This document shows, piece by piece, positions 24,800 to 37,829 of a DNA stretch of 64,000 nucleotides. The DNA is from Amphiscolops sp. MND2022 (taxonomy: Eukaryota). The notes below the pieces were generated by a model that was not told the origin of the DNA, made no database searches, and worked only from the letters and a program-made list of their open reading frames with translations. The translations under genes and the position numbers were made by a program. The stretch lies in assembly GCA_964187785.1 (NCBI GenBank), contig OZ076410.1, positions 97,526,001 through 97,590,000 on the forward strand, in the 5' to 3' direction. Position 1 is the first letter of the stretch; each line of letters opens with the position of its first letter.

Positions 24800-27700
24800 G
24801 AGTATCCGAATTTTCCATCCGCTTTGCGGTCCTTTTTCTACTAGACCCTAGTACCTTTTTCTGCTGATATTTTGGTTTTCCCTTGGAATTTTTTTAGAAG
24901 ATCTTTATCTACGTCTTCGCCAACGGATTCTACCCGACCCCATTCACTACCGCATACTTTACCTCCTTCCGGTGATTCCGTGATGGTGTCTTATGGTCTC
25001 GTCGGGGTGGCCGTGAGATCTCGTCCGTTGGTGCTAGTGCTGATTTTGGTGCTGCAACCGATAGGCGAGGACAGCATCGGGGTTTCGGCGGTTAGTGTAC
25101 GGCCGGTAGTGGTAGTCGGCGGCGGTGCTTGAATCTCCGTGACCTCATCGGCTTCGGTGTTTTCACCCGCAGCTTTTCTGTCTCCCTCCCCATCGGTGGT
25201 CTGGCTGTCCGTCGTGATGGTGATGACGGTCCTCTCTTCGGTCTCGCGGTTTGGCATTTTTGGGAAGGACTTGCTTGTGCGGGCCTTGTCCTGTTTTAGC
25301 TTCTCCGCCATCAGTCGTCCATGGGTTTCGCAGAGATCCCTTTGGCTGAATTTGCCACATCTGCGACACAGGTTAGTAGACTTCCTGGCCTCTTCTGGTT
25401 TCTTTGGTGACTGAAATTTCAATGGGTTAGAGGCTAACTTTTTATGTAATACTTTCCCGTCGGCCGTGGTGACAGTATGGTCCGTTTCTCTCATGGCAGT
25501 TAGGGTCTTATATGTCTTGAATCTGCACTTCATGTCGTTGGGTTCATCCTCTTTTTCATAAAACTGGTATTGTTTAAAATTTGGGCTTACCGAACGAGAT
25601 ATTTTCTTGTTGTTGTTCAGGACAAGATAGTCAGCCATCTCTCCATCGGAGTCGTGAATAGTGAATACTTGTAGTTCTGTCGGTTGCGCTAAAATATATT
25701 TGGTCAAAGTTTTCTTCCAATTGGACAGAAGGCATTGTGGTTGGCCAATCATGTTGGTATGTATGTTGGTAATCGCCGTGCGCGGCTTCCGTCCGAAATG
25801 CATTTGAAAAAGAGTCATATTTAATTTACTATGGGATGTTTGCCTAGCGTGATAATTGCTAATTGGACGTTTTCTTCAAAGGTTTGTCCATCCTCTAGGC
25901 TTGCTCTTGTTAACTACTTAATTGACCGGATGGTCCTCTCGACCAATCCCGTGCCGGTATGAAGATTCGGTGTGCATCGGATGCGTTTTATTTTTTCACC
26001 GGCGCAGAATTCTTCAAAATCGTTGCTTTTAAAACAGCTACCATTATAGGTTCGGATGGCCCGTAGCGTTCCGTTGTCTGAGCAAAATTTTTACGGTCCG
26101 TGTGTCCGTATTCTTACAAATTTGTGCGGTTGGCCATTTACTAAAACGGTCTACGGCTACTAAAATATAATTGTCCCCGCGTGTTTTGGATTTATTTGGA
26201 CCAACGAAGTCCAATTGGAATTCTCGGTTCGGCTCGATTAAAAGTTCTAGACGGTTTATTTCCGTACTTGGTATTTGCGTTTTAAGGTTTTTAAGGATAG
26301 ATGGCTTCTGTGGGGGCGATGAGGGTTGAAGATGCTCTCGATTTGGTTAGATTCTAGAGCTGATATCGCAATTAGAATTTTCACGTCCCTAGCCGTCTCT
26401 TCCACCAACATGGACAGGTCCAGTGCGAAATTCTTTTCGGCCTTCTGGATGGCTTCAGCGGTCTTCTCCTTTTGCTCAGTTTCCAGGGCATTCAGTTTGG
26501 CTGTTTGTTTGAGTCGAATCAAGATAACACTTTCGTGTTTCTTGAATTTTTTTAGGGCGCTTGTTGGGCATATGTCGTGCTGGGCGTGGCTTGTCTGGCT
26601 CTCTCCATCTGAGTTATTCAGCCAGAACTCGTGATTATTTTGTTGGTACCCTTGAAGAGCGGTAGTACCAATAGTCCCGCAATAATGGGAAAATCTTTTG
26701 TAGATTTCTATGTTAAGATTTTCAATCTGTTTGCGGCCTTTCTGCGATGGCCGGTACTCCTGCAGCATTTCGTTATCTCGGCCATTTCCAACAATCCGCA
26801 GTCTATCCCGTCTAGGAATACGATTTCTCTCCGTACGTTATCGGTCGGTTTCAGAAAAATGGCCCCGTTCTTTCAAGATAAATTCCATTTCAATGCCATT
26901 GATTTTATCCATGCTGGCTTTTAGCGGTTGTTTGTTAATCAAATTGATGCTGCTCAATGAAGCTTCAAATGAGAGACCGGTTCGATATTGTTTGCGTGTT
27001 CGTTTGCCGCGCTGTGATTTGTCGGTTCGTCGTGGTGCCGTAGTTCGTTCAACGAACTGCGTAGTGCTTCCGACTGTTCGGTTAAAATCAAATAAGCTGT
27101 ATATCTGATTTATGACGAACTCTTCCTCGACTCATCGGAGCGCGTTGTCGGATGGCGGCTTTGATAATCCGTCAGCGGAATGTTTTTACCAGCGGTATAT
27201 CGTACCTTCACATCGAGACGGCTCAATCAATACAGCCAACGCGTGGCTCTCGCAGTATACTGTTTATGAGCGCGGTTGCGTTTTAGCAACGGCTATAACG
27301 CTTGATGTGATGATCCGTTATTGAGTTAACTCTTTGTCCGTAGACGTAGTATCTAAAATGATCTAACCCCTACAACGCTCCCAGTAATTCTAACTCGTTA
27401 ATTGCATATTGTTTTTCACAGTCGGTTAAAAATCTGCTGCGAAAGTATTAAGTCTGAACACCTCCCCTTTCTTTCTGCCATAGTGTGGCTCCCAAACCAG
27501 TATTACATCTGTGGTCACGTAGCTGTCCTTGTTTGAGTCGAAACGCGCCAAATACGGTGCTTCGGTAATTTCTTTTTTTAATTTTTCGAAGTCGTCATTT
27601 ATTTCAGTTGTCCATTCCCATTTGGAGTCTTTCTTCAACAATTTCCGCATTCTGTCTAATTTCTTGGACAGGTTTTCTACGAATTTGGATAGGTATTGGG

Positions 27701-30360
27701 TCGAGCCCAAAATGATTTCAATTCTTTTACATTTTTCAGGGCTGCCAGGTTCGGTATTGCTTCCGTTTTGTCTTTTATCGGCTTTACTCCGTTCTGGTTA
27801 ATGTGGTAGCCGAGCCAAGTCAGTTCTTTTTTGAACATTTCGGTCTTTTTCTCGCTTGCGCGGTCCCCTGCTTTCTCCAGTTTGGACAGTACTTCGCTTA
27901 ATTCTCGTTCATGGTCGTCAGCAGAGCCGTTTGTCACACAGATGATGTCATCTATCCATACTGATGTTTTAAATTCCAGTACTTTGTCGATGTGTTCTTG
28001 AAAGATGGTTGGAATATCCTACTGTCCGTAGAAGCCTTTCTTGAAACGGTAGTGGCCGTTGGAGTCGCCACCAGTTATGGAAAGTACACAATGCTTCGAG
28101 GCTTCCTTGGATAGTTTGGCTTGTCCGTAAGCATAATCCAGATCGATCTTCGACATCCATCTTTCCCCATTTTTCATTGTAATTTTTGCAGAAATTTTGC
28201 TGATTAATTTTTTCATGTTTGGCATAGCCGCTTTTCTCTTTATACAAGATTCGTTCCATTTTCTGTAGCCTAGGGCTATTTTAACCAATTTATCCTTCTT
28301 TATGGTTATGACAGCCGGGGAGACAATACAGTTTTCTGTCGTTCCGTCTGCCTTCTCCGGGTGCCCCTTTTCGATTAGTTTCTCTAGTTCATGTCGTACG
28401 CTGTTCTGGAAATGAATTGGCACCGGTCTCCCTTTCTGTTGAATTGGTTTGGTGTCCTTCTTTAATTCGATGTCGATTGTTAAACCCTCAATTGTGTGAT
28501 TATTTTTACAACAGATCTTCAAAATTGTTGAGGATTTTCGTGCTTCTCTTGTCCATGGTTTTGTTCCGGATTATGTTCGTGTTCCGGGTGCCTTGTAGCC
28601 CGATTTCCAGTTTATCCATCAAATCAAGCCCCAATATTGGTTGTGTGTTTATGTTCTCTGTTATGAGTATTGGTAAAGTAATTTCGCTCTTCTCTGTTTT
28701 GACTTCTACAAATGCCTCTTCCTTGAACTTTATCGGATTTTTGTTGACGTTTACAAAGCATCTTCTTGTTCTCGTCAGTTTTTTTTGGATTAATCATCGG
28801 CGGAAGAATGGTAATAGGGGACCCATTGTCGATAATGAATTGGCTGTCCTTCCACCAATAAAATTGCTTTGTAAAAATATGTCCAATTGACGCCGTTGGT
28901 TGGCTGGATATGGTCCACTTCAGGCCATGGTTCGGTGTTACTGTCCGTTTCATTTTTCTCCTGTATCCGGGTCATGGTCTTACTTTTACGGACTCTAGCG
29001 AAATTTCCAGTCTTTTTACAAATATTGCACTGTGATTTCCGTGCTGGGCAGATATGTTCCGGTGTCCAATTAGGTTTCCCGCCAGATTGGCAATTCCGGG
29101 GTGACGGTTTCTTCTTGTCGGTGTCCAGCGGCCTTCACATCCGTGCAGGTCTGGTGAAGGCGACTTGCTCTCCCCTAGAGGAACTGTTGGCGGAAACCCT
29201 CCTTGACTTTTCACTTTTCTGTTTTTTTGTCGCCGTGCTTGCGATTGTAATTGTCAAGTTCAATGGTTCCTAGAACAGTTCATAATTCTATTAGGCTTTG
29301 ATGAATTTGTCCCGAGCATTTTGTAATTGATTGTTGCTGCAAATTTGTACGTGATAATTTTTTCTGGCGTTATTCGGTTGAAGTCGCATTTCTTCTCGAT
29401 GTCCACCAGTCTTTTCCAGTAATCATATGGTGTTTCTCCGTCTTCCTGCTTTACATTAAAGAATTGGGCTCTGCTGTAGAAAACGTTTCGAGCGGGCATG
29501 AATGTCTTCTTGAATAGTTTCAATAGTTCTTGTAGGTTGATGTCTTTCAGTTCTCGGCCCCACTGGTCTCTCATAATCTCGTGTTTTGCTTTTGGGCCCA
29601 GAACCCAAATGACATCGCCCTTTATGTGGTATATTGTGTGGGCATCCATGCCTTCAATCCCATGGTCCATCAAATCTTCTAAGTTTCTGTAATATGTGAG
29701 GTCGATATACTCGGATATCTGCTCGCACCACATTCTTGGGTTGATTTTTGTCAAATCTGTCTCCCGATCTGATAGAATAGGGATTTTGTACTTGTTTGTT
29801 TTTCGTTCGTTCCATCCTTGTTGATTGTGATCCCGATTGTTCGATTTGTCCCGATTGTTCGGACATGTTTGGGTCAGTGTTCATTTTCTGATAGCTCTTT
29901 TATGACTGCGCCATATAATAAACTAGGGAAAAGTCTGGTAAGGAAGTTTAATTAAAATCAAAGAGTAACAATGAACAAGCTTCTTTAGTGTATCAAAACT
30001 AAGTTTATGTATAAACTAGCATAGTTCATAGCATCAGAACAGAACATTGTCTTTTTTTGGCAGGTATCATCTAATTGGTCTAGACGACTGCTCTTATCTC
30101 TATAACACTTGGAAACGCGTTTTCCAGAAACCGAAGCAGCGAACTTCTTGTGAAAAGATAGAAATTTTGTTGGAAGTCGCGCAGAGCCGGGAAAACCTAA
30201 TAGGGGACACTTTGGTTTCCCGCCTCTACATTTCCAGGCGTAGAAAATTGGCCCCCAGCGCGTGACTCGAACCCACCTACACTGAGAAATACTTACGACT
30301 CAGAGGAACTAGCCACAACCTCTAGACCAAATGGGAAGTAACTTCGGGCGCTTCTAGTAC
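24800..30360 (-). mobile_element. Decayed Ty3/Gypsy element with 5' LTR and PBS; 3' end missing; lies in the GPCR intron
   Basis: gag from 29884 (KINPRMW..., degenerate CCHC knuckles ~29000-29100); protease IDNGSP; RT (PVPIHFQ, WIDDII); integrase (HHCC, LDFVGP region, C-terminus 24991-25818); PBS TGGCGCAGTCA at 29913-29903 (tRNA-Ser type). Outer boundaries approximate. Confidence 0.9.
30249..30336 (-). ncRNA. tRNA-Glu-derived Pol III-type cassette (A box, B box, CCA, T4), not a canonical tRNA
   Basis: TCCCATTTGGTCTAGAGGTT...GGGTTCGAGTCACGCGCTGGGGGCCAATTTT. The 5' 20 nt match metazoan tRNA-Glu(TTC) TCCCATATGGTCTAGCGGTT at 18/20; the anticodon arm is non-canonical. Confidence 0.55.
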
Positions 30361-30624
30361 CTAATGGCAAAAAGTTTGGAAAAATTTTGTTGAAAATTCA
30401 AACTCATATCATTGTAAAACCCACACTGTATGAAAAATTCGTCTTTTTTCTCGAAAAAATGGACAGTTTTCCACTTACCTTTGAAATATACTTAAGTCGA
30501 ACATTCGATAATATGGAGAAAAAATTTTCAGCGAATTAGCGAATTTGAATTAGCGGTTTAGTGATTAGCGATGTCAAAACCATAGGATTCAGTGACAATG
30601 ACATAACTCTGTATCTGTACTAAC

Positions 30625-31182
30625 AGTACTTGGTTCTTCGTTAAAGGCAGCTCGCTGTTCTGCATGTTTTAGCCCTGAACTTCCCTCTCCTACATCGTCG
30701 ACCGGTTTTGCGACAGTTTTTCCATCTGCGTTAGAACCCACTGGTCTGTTCACATTCGCCTTTTCCACATTTGTGACGTCATTCTTGTCTTTGTTCTCAT
30801 TAAGTGCTTTGGAACCATTTCCTTTGCACTTCAAGTCATTCTTTTTTGTGTTTCCATTTCTTTGAGAACCAGGTGTAAAGCGGTTCTGATTTGTTGCATG
30901 GGTAGCTGCGTGGGTTTCCGAAGTTTTCATCTTGGCTTCAAATTTTTTCTTCTTCCACTTCCACAGAAACCGGATGAAGACCAGATTGGATACAATCAGA
31001 GGCAAGAAGTGTCCCAACGAGTAGAAGATCTTGGCAACCGTCACTTCATAGAGCCTCTCCCAAGTTGACGCTGTTGAGGGTAAGATGCACAACTCGTTTT
31101 CAACATCATAGATGTACAGTTTGGGAAGTGACAAGGCGTAATGAAAGGCTGTCAGCGCAAGAGACAGTCTGGAAACTTTTGT
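30625..31182 (-). CDS. Rhodopsin-family GPCR, middle part (TM4, ECL2 Cys, TM5, long ICL3)
   Basis: VSRLSLALTAFHYALSLPKLY (TM4), ELC, IFYSLGHFLPLIVSNLVFI (TM5) then KWKKKK; phase-0 donor GTTAGT at 30624 matches the phase-0 acceptor at 21970. Confidence 0.7.
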
Positions 31183-31229
31183 GGGACCATGTTTCTTATT
31201 TCTCCCTTCAGCCTGTTGAAAAATAAACA

Positions 31230-34200
31230 ATCGAAAACTGTACAAATATGGATGAAGGGACAGAAGAGTCAGGCAACGCAACGGGGGAAACAAGTTTTCA
31301 CTCCTAAACAACACAACGCCAAGATCGGTAGTACGGACATCCTCACATAGCTGCTCATTCCGATCTAAGAGAAGATTGATCACATCAATGCGAAGTTGTG
31401 GTGGAGAAAGTTTGTCCAATATATCAAAATGACGCGTGATGAAGACCGAAAATAAAAGATGTATTCATATGGGAAATAGAACAAGCAGCAATTACAGGAA
31501 TGACAAAAACTGTCAGAGCACGAGAACTAAACTCAAAATCCCCACAGCCGAAAAACTACTCGCATCAAAATTCATGCCCGTAATAGGAAAAACCACGAGC
31601 AAAAATGACCTGAAAAGAATATAAAGAAGGGATACATGTCAGTATGTCATTGGAAACAAATCATGAATACATAAATCAAACACTTGGACAGGAAAAAACT
31701 ATCAAAAACCCAAACTGGAGAAATAAAAGAAAATCAGGAAAATCAGTTGCATCAGATGTGGTCCACCAAATTGGAATAAATACCAAGACTGTCCGGCTCG
31801 AGCTAGAAAGCCTTCAGATTGTGAAAAATCGGATACCACGCAAAGAAATGACGGTCAAAACCGTGAAGAGACCGAAAAATAATACACATTTGTCAAAAAC
31901 CCGAAGCAAAAAGTGCCGAAGGAGGCAATTGGTCTCCAAAAAAAAACTCACCTGATAACCAGCACGGTCCATTCAACAGGACAAAAATCCAAAGACGAAC
32001 AGCCGTTCTTTACTACAACCCAACCGTGTTGCTCAACGAACGTCCAGTCAGCTTCATTGACAGCAAATCACCGATAACACTCATACCAAAACAAAAATTC
32101 AAAAAAAATACACCAACACATCCACTTCAAACAGCATACAGAGATGTAAACAACAACAAAACAAATCGAAAGTAAGACATTAGGAAAAGTCGAAAAATTC
32201 CGCAACAAAAAAAACTGGAACCATTGGTAACAACAAAAAGAGCAAACACAGATTAGAGAAAGTGGAAACCAAACTGGTGAAAGAAACAGGCCGGGACCGG
32301 CCCAAGTCGGCGCCATATCCAAGTCTCAAAAATAGCAAAAAGACTTCCAAGTGTCAAGTATTCTTTCACAGTACTCGGAAATCGAAAATTTTTCGAATTT
32401 TTTTGAAAAATTTACATACTAAAAAAATGGACCGAGTGGCGCGCCGGGGCCCGCTAGCGCGAGCCCCTGGCGCGCTAAAGTCTCACAATGCCGAACAACT
32501 GAAAGGGGGGGACCCTTTGAGGTTTTTCAACATCCATTCTGTCGCAAAACATGAAAAATTTGAAGGAAAAATGTTTTTTATTTTCGGTCACTATAATAGT
32601 CGCGTTTCACTTCATGAAGCGCCGACTAAAATCTAACGCTCAAAAAACTAAAAATCCAGGACGATCCGGAAATCAAGACCAAACAAATTTCAAAAACTGT
32701 TCCCAGAAAACACACCAATAATTGGAAAAGAAATGGATATCTAACTGAAACAAAAGGCAGAGTCAATACAACGAAATGATCGACCAATACCGACACACTT
32801 ACAACAAGCAATTGGTGAAGAAATCGAGAAACTGCAGAAAAAGAAGAAAATCGGCCACATCGAAGAAGCAACAGACATTGACGAAAATTCTTTTCTTAGT
32901 CCGCCCATAGTAACCGTGAAAAGGACAAAACGGTGAAAGAGATCCTGGATTCGAGGAAGATCAACGAAATATCAACCCTGGCAATTTCGATGAAATTTGG
33001 ATCTCAAAGTTTGATTTGAACAATGCTTACGGTCAACTACCGTTGTCAAGAAAAACGCATTCTCTTCATCACCGTAGGTAACTTCACCGCTACTACAGAT
33101 TCCTGAAAGGCTTTTACGTTTAGCAAAAATACCGACCAAATTCTAAGTGAAGATTGAACGAACACGAGAAGAAACATCGGGCGTGGCTATGTGAGCTCGT
33201 TTTTACGGATTGGCTAGAAAACAGGTTCGAATCACCCAAAAAGTGCTTTCTTCGACTTAAAACAACATTTTCTTCTACGATCAACAAACGTTTTAGATAC
33301 AAACGCGTTTTTTTGTTTCGGAAAGTGTTGCATAGTGCTGGAAACCCTAATACTCGAAAACAATTGCGTTTCTAGAAAACGTCGAGAGAGCTTAGATAAA
33401 CGCATATTAGTCGCATAGTAGCGAACAAAGGAGGCCCTAAAGAACAAAATTCGGTCTTATCGTGATGGTCCACTGAGAAAACGAAAAACAATCATTTTAA
33501 AAATCTCAAACTTCCAAAAATGAATAGTGAAAGCGAGACCCTTCATGCCTTTTGAAAATCCTGGGAGAACCGAATGAAAGGTTCTCGAGAACAGAAAACA
33601 AGACGGATAGACACAAACAATTGCGAACGCCCGACAGGTGCCGATTACAAAAAGAGCTACTCGATACCAGTCCAGTGTTACCGGCCCCAAAACGATCGGG
33701 ATCGTTTGAAAGAGGACGACCAGGGCTGATCAAAACTCGCTCAGGGTGAACCTCGCAGAAACGACACCACGCATTTCGTACAGGCAAACAGCAAGTCCAA
33801 AACCAGGAACACTCACAGTCAACAAATGTCGGACTACGACGTAGACCACGAAACAGGACATGAGTTACATATCAGAGTTAAAACGGTAATGTAACTACTA
33901 ATAATTGTGAAGATCAGAGAGAAATGAGAATGACTTATCAGAAGTGGAACTAGCTAGTGAGCTAAGCTCGAGCATCGAAACAAAAAAAGGATGTAGAGAC
34001 ATCAGAAAGAATTAGACTACGCCACTCAAAAAGACTCAAAAATTACACCGCTCACACAAAAACAAATACAGCTGCTAAATTAAATAACCCGGTTATTTAA
34101 ATGATCACAAGAAACACCGCAAAAGATTGAACCTGTCAACACTCATGGAATTGTCAGAACCAGCACTGGAACGGAAAAACCAACACGACCAGTAATCTGC

Positions 34201-34400
34201 CCATCAAACCCGAAGCATCGATCAACGGAAATTCAACCAGCAACTCACGGAATTCCAGAGATAGAAGAACAAGACAGTGGAGGGACGGCCCACCGATCAC
34301 AATATCAGATATGACAGCAACAGACGTCCTTTAGACGATTACCTTCCTCTTGTAGAAGGGGGAATGAGGAGCAACAGCATTCATGATTAGAATTGTTAAC
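31230..34400 (+). mobile_element. Highly decayed Ty3/Gypsy remnant (gag, RT, integrase pieces, PPT)
   Basis: gag-like INAKLWWRKFVQYIKMTRD (~31385); RT-like pieces 32700-33200; integrase C-terminal region ~33400-33800; PPT AGAAGGGGGAA followed by TG at ~34355-34367. Confidence 0.7.
32284..32631 (+). mobile_element. Family A (DINE-1/Helentron-like) copy 2
   Basis: GGGACCGGCCCAAGTCGGCGCCATATC ... CTATAATAGTCGCGTTTCACTTCATGAAGCGCCGACTAAAA. Confidence 0.75.
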
Positions 34401-34554
34401 AACCTATATTGAAACCGTTATTGTTTTTATTTTGTGAAATAACAACAATTTTGATCTGTATGCATATGAGAAATATGTCAGGAAGATTAAGTTCGATACT
34501 ACAGTAGAAATTGATGCCCTAATTTTTGTTTGAGTACCTCGACATAATCCTATT

Positions 34555-34920
34555 TTTAGTCGGCGCTTTTTTAAAGAAAAGAGTCGACTATAGTCATGGT
34601 TTTTCGTCAGTGTTTTCTTTAGGACCAAAATAGACCTGAACTGACCAAAATAGTTCTACCAAACGTTCTACAAAGTTTACAGAAGACGCCAAAATGTACC
34701 TGGTGGCCCAAGGAACTGAACCAAAAAGGTTTCCCTTGTAACATACAATACCGGACGAGACCAAAGGGTTCTCCCTTTCAGTTTTTTCGGCATTGTAGGA
34801 CTTTTTTCGCAATTTTTTTTCGTAAAAGTGTTCTTAATTCACCAATACTTGGAAATTTGAAGTCCTTTTGGTATTTTTGAGCCTTGAATATGGCGCCGAC
34901 TTGGGCCGTTCCGGCTTTTT
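34555..34920 (-). mobile_element. Family A copy 3
   Basis: Reverse-complement termini TTTAGTCGGCGC... and ...GGCGCCGACTTGGGCCGTTCC. Confidence 0.75.
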
Positions 34921-35044
34921 TACATTAATTCACAGTTAAATGTTGCTCATATTGATTTAAAGCGGAAAACATTCCTTGACATAAGGGCTTTTATATTCAA
35001 TTTTAGCTTGTTCCGGGAGTGAATATTTTGGACTTTAACATCAA

Positions 35045-35503
35045 AAGAAGCCGGGAACGGCATAAGTCGGCGCCATACCTAAGGCTCAAAATTAGCACAA
35101 TGATTTCAATGTGTCAAGTTATCTCTTTTACAGTACCCGAAAAGGTTAAGTTTGGACCGAACTGGCGCGTAAAAAAGGGGACCCTGTCGGATTTTTAAAT
35201 TTTCATTCTTTCGCAAAATATCAAAAAAGTTTGAAGGGGAACCCTGTGGAGACAATAAATTTTTTGGAAAAAAGTCTCACAATGCCAAAAAACTGAAAGG
35301 GGACCCGTTAGTCTCTTCCGGTATTGTATGTTACATTGAACAAAAGCAACAACCTTTTTAGTTCAATTCCCTGCGCCAATTGGTTAATTTGACACCTTAA
35401 ACATCGTGGAACTTTGTAGAATTATTTTGGTCAGTTCCTGTGTATTGAAAAGAAAGAGTCACTACAATAGTCGCGTTTCACTTCATGAAGCGACGGCTAA
35501 AAA
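35045..35503 (+). mobile_element. Family A copy 4
   Basis: GGGAACGGCATAAGTCGGCGCCATACC ... TAGTCGCGTTTCACTTCATGAAGCGACGGCTAAAA. Confidence 0.75.
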
Positions 35504-36647
35504 ACAAGATCCAGATACAATTATGTCGACATCGTTTGCGTTGAAATTTAATTTTGGTCCAATAGAATAATCCTATATTTTACACTGACTGCCAGTTGAA
35601 AGTTGCTCATCAGATTTTATGGTTAAGAAAATTAGCGTTGAAATATAGGCCTTTTTATACGATTTTAACTTGTTACAAACGTGAATTTTTGCTATTCTGG
35701 ACAATAATATTGAAAAATTAGTGTCACTTTTCTGCCGGAAGGGTCAAAACAGCTGTAGAGACAATCCTCTCAGTATTTAAAACCATGAAAAATTCTCTTA
35801 TTAGTGAGGAAACATATTTCTTCTAAAATAAAATGTTGTAGAAAGCTCAAGAAATGCATTCTATTTTGGTGGGAAAATTGGATTTGAATTGTGTGGTAAC
35901 ACATTCCATACATCAACTTCGTTTTGTAAGGTGCTTCAAACTCGTAAAGTACCTGTCAAAATAATCATTCGACATTAATTCTACGTTGATTTGATAACCA
36001 CGATTAAAGCCTCATCAGCATAAACAAGAATTTCGACTGACAACTCTTGGCTTTGATAATTCATTATGACAGCCCAGTGTTTGACATCTTGGAGTTAACG
36101 AATTCTTAATATTCGAGTTAAAAATTCTTATCAAGTTACGGAAAATTTCTGATAACAGCTCGAAATTTTAGCACGTCATGTGATTTTAGCATTTTTTAGC
36201 TCGAAATTTTAGCACATGTGATCTCAACCAGAAAAAAAAACGAAGATTTACCAACCTTTGCAAATTGGGGGATTCACTTTGTAGCACATATTGTTTGAAA
36301 CTGAGTAATGCATTCGACGTTGAACTTTGCAAGAAAGGTGTGTCCATTGTCAAAAAAACTGTCTGCGCAAATTTCGCTCAATTTGAGCTTGTTACTTGTA
36401 AATTACATTTTAAAATACACCGACTTATAACAGTTAAATTTAGAGAGGTAAGCTCTCTTTGACTAAAATGTCCAGGTCATATTTACTAACTTTCTTAGGG
36501 AACTTTTCCTTACCAATCGTCCCGACCCCCAACCAAAAATTTATGTGGTAAAATGGCCAAATTGGCATAAATTAGAAGCTGATATATGCATTTTGTGTAG
36601 TCATAGAAATAGAGCAGAATAGAATGTTTTAGTTAATGTTAAAAAGT

Positions 36648-37123
36648 AACAAGACGGGAACGGCATAAGTCAACGTCATGTCTAAGGCTCAAAAATAGCA
36701 AAAGGACATGAAAGTGTCAAAAAACTCAAAGTATCGAACTCTCAAAAAGAGTATCAAACTCACGAAAAACCCAAACGACCGCACTGGCGCTAAAAGTGAG
36801 GACCCTTTCGGAATTTTCAACATCCTTTCTGTCGCCAAGCATCAAAACAATGAAGGGGGGACACGCCTTTGAGGGAAAAAATTGGAAAGTCTCACAATGC
36901 CGAAAAAAACTGAAAGGGGGACCCTTTCGTCTCGCCTGGCACTGTTATGTTACGCGGAAAAACAAGAAAAACCTTTTTGGTTCAGTTCGCTAGGCCAACT
37001 GATTCAATTTGGGACCATAAAGTTTGGTAGAACTTTGTAGAACTATTTTGGCCCGTTCGTGTGGATTGAAAAAAGGAGCCACTATAATAGTCGCGTTTCA
37101 CTTCATGAAGCGCCGACTAAAAA
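36648..37123 (+). mobile_element. Family A copy 5
   Basis: AACAAGACGGGAACGGCATAAGTC ... TAGTCGCGTTTCACTTCATGAAGCGCCGACTAAAA. Confidence 0.75.
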
Positions 37124-37297
37124 TTAGGGTCATTTTTTGCTGGAAAGGTGCAACAGGTGCTAAAAAGTTGTAGAGACAATCCTCTAAGCTTTTACATTCA
37201 CATAATATTCTTTTATTAGTGAAATAATGTAATTTCTGTTGTGTTTGGGAAATTCGAAACAAGGTGCATCTCGGGGGTAAATAAGAAACATGGTCCC

Positions 37298-37765
37298 TTT
37301 GGTCTTCGTCCATTGTCCTTCACGGTGCCATGCAGGAAATGCCATCTTCAGAGCCCTGTCTATGGCGACACTTACAAGATGGGCGCTGGCGTTTGTTCCA
37401 GCCGCAAAAAAGTTGTACGAGAAAAGTTTGCATGTATATCTGTTCATCGCAATGAAATCTACCCCTAGTGCTAGAAAGCCATTTCCAATTATTCCCGGGC
37501 ATACCAACGCCATGGAGTCCCAAATCGCCAGGCGGCCCATCCAAAACGCACTGGAAGTTTGATCCGGTATATGTCTGGCCGTGTCCAGTGCAAGGAAATT
37601 GAGGACTAATCCGACAATGGATGTTAAGAAGCCAAAGGCATGGAGTGTCCTTATATGTGGAAACGCCATGTGGACAAACTGAGAAAAGATGGATAAATCT
37701 GTGGTTTCGTTCACAAAGATTAGATCGGGATGAAAGATTCGCAATGTGTTGTTTTCCATCTGCAT
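37298..37765 (-). CDS. Rhodopsin-family GPCR, N-terminal part (TM1-TM3)
   Basis: N-glycosylation sequons NNT and NET; TM1 GLVLNFLAL; TM2 LAIWD; Cys before TM3 (TCK); AHLVSVAIDRALKMAFPAWH (DRY-type motif). Joins 31182 in frame once the insertion is removed. Confidence 0.85.
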
Positions 37766-37829
37766 CTTGGTCAAGCTAAAAAGTGACAATGTGTAGTTGT
37801 TTCAATGTCAAAAACTTATATCATGGAAC

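Larger units (their letters stand above)
31183..37297. mobile_element. 6.1-kb composite insertion bounded by family B TIRs, inside the GPCR exon
   Basis: GGGACCATGTTTCTTATTT at 31183 and its exact reverse complement ending at 37297. Family B body pieces at 34535-34555, 35510-35900 and 37140-37297; nested Gypsy remnant and four family A copies. Confidence 0.8.

Noticed and set aside
24700-24900. 3' LTR of the minus-strand Gypsy element
   Set aside because: No sequence matching 29914-30360 and no PPT was found; the element appears truncated.
30249-30336. Functional tRNA gene
   Set aside because: The acceptor stem is imperfect and there is no canonical 7-nt anticodon loop; treated as tRNA-derived.
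31183-31419. N-terminal 79 aa of ORF 30589-31419 (contains LLLDR) as GPCR TM3
   Set aside because: This stretch lies inside the TIR-bounded insertion and is the antisense of Gypsy gag; the true TM3 is at ~37340-37400.
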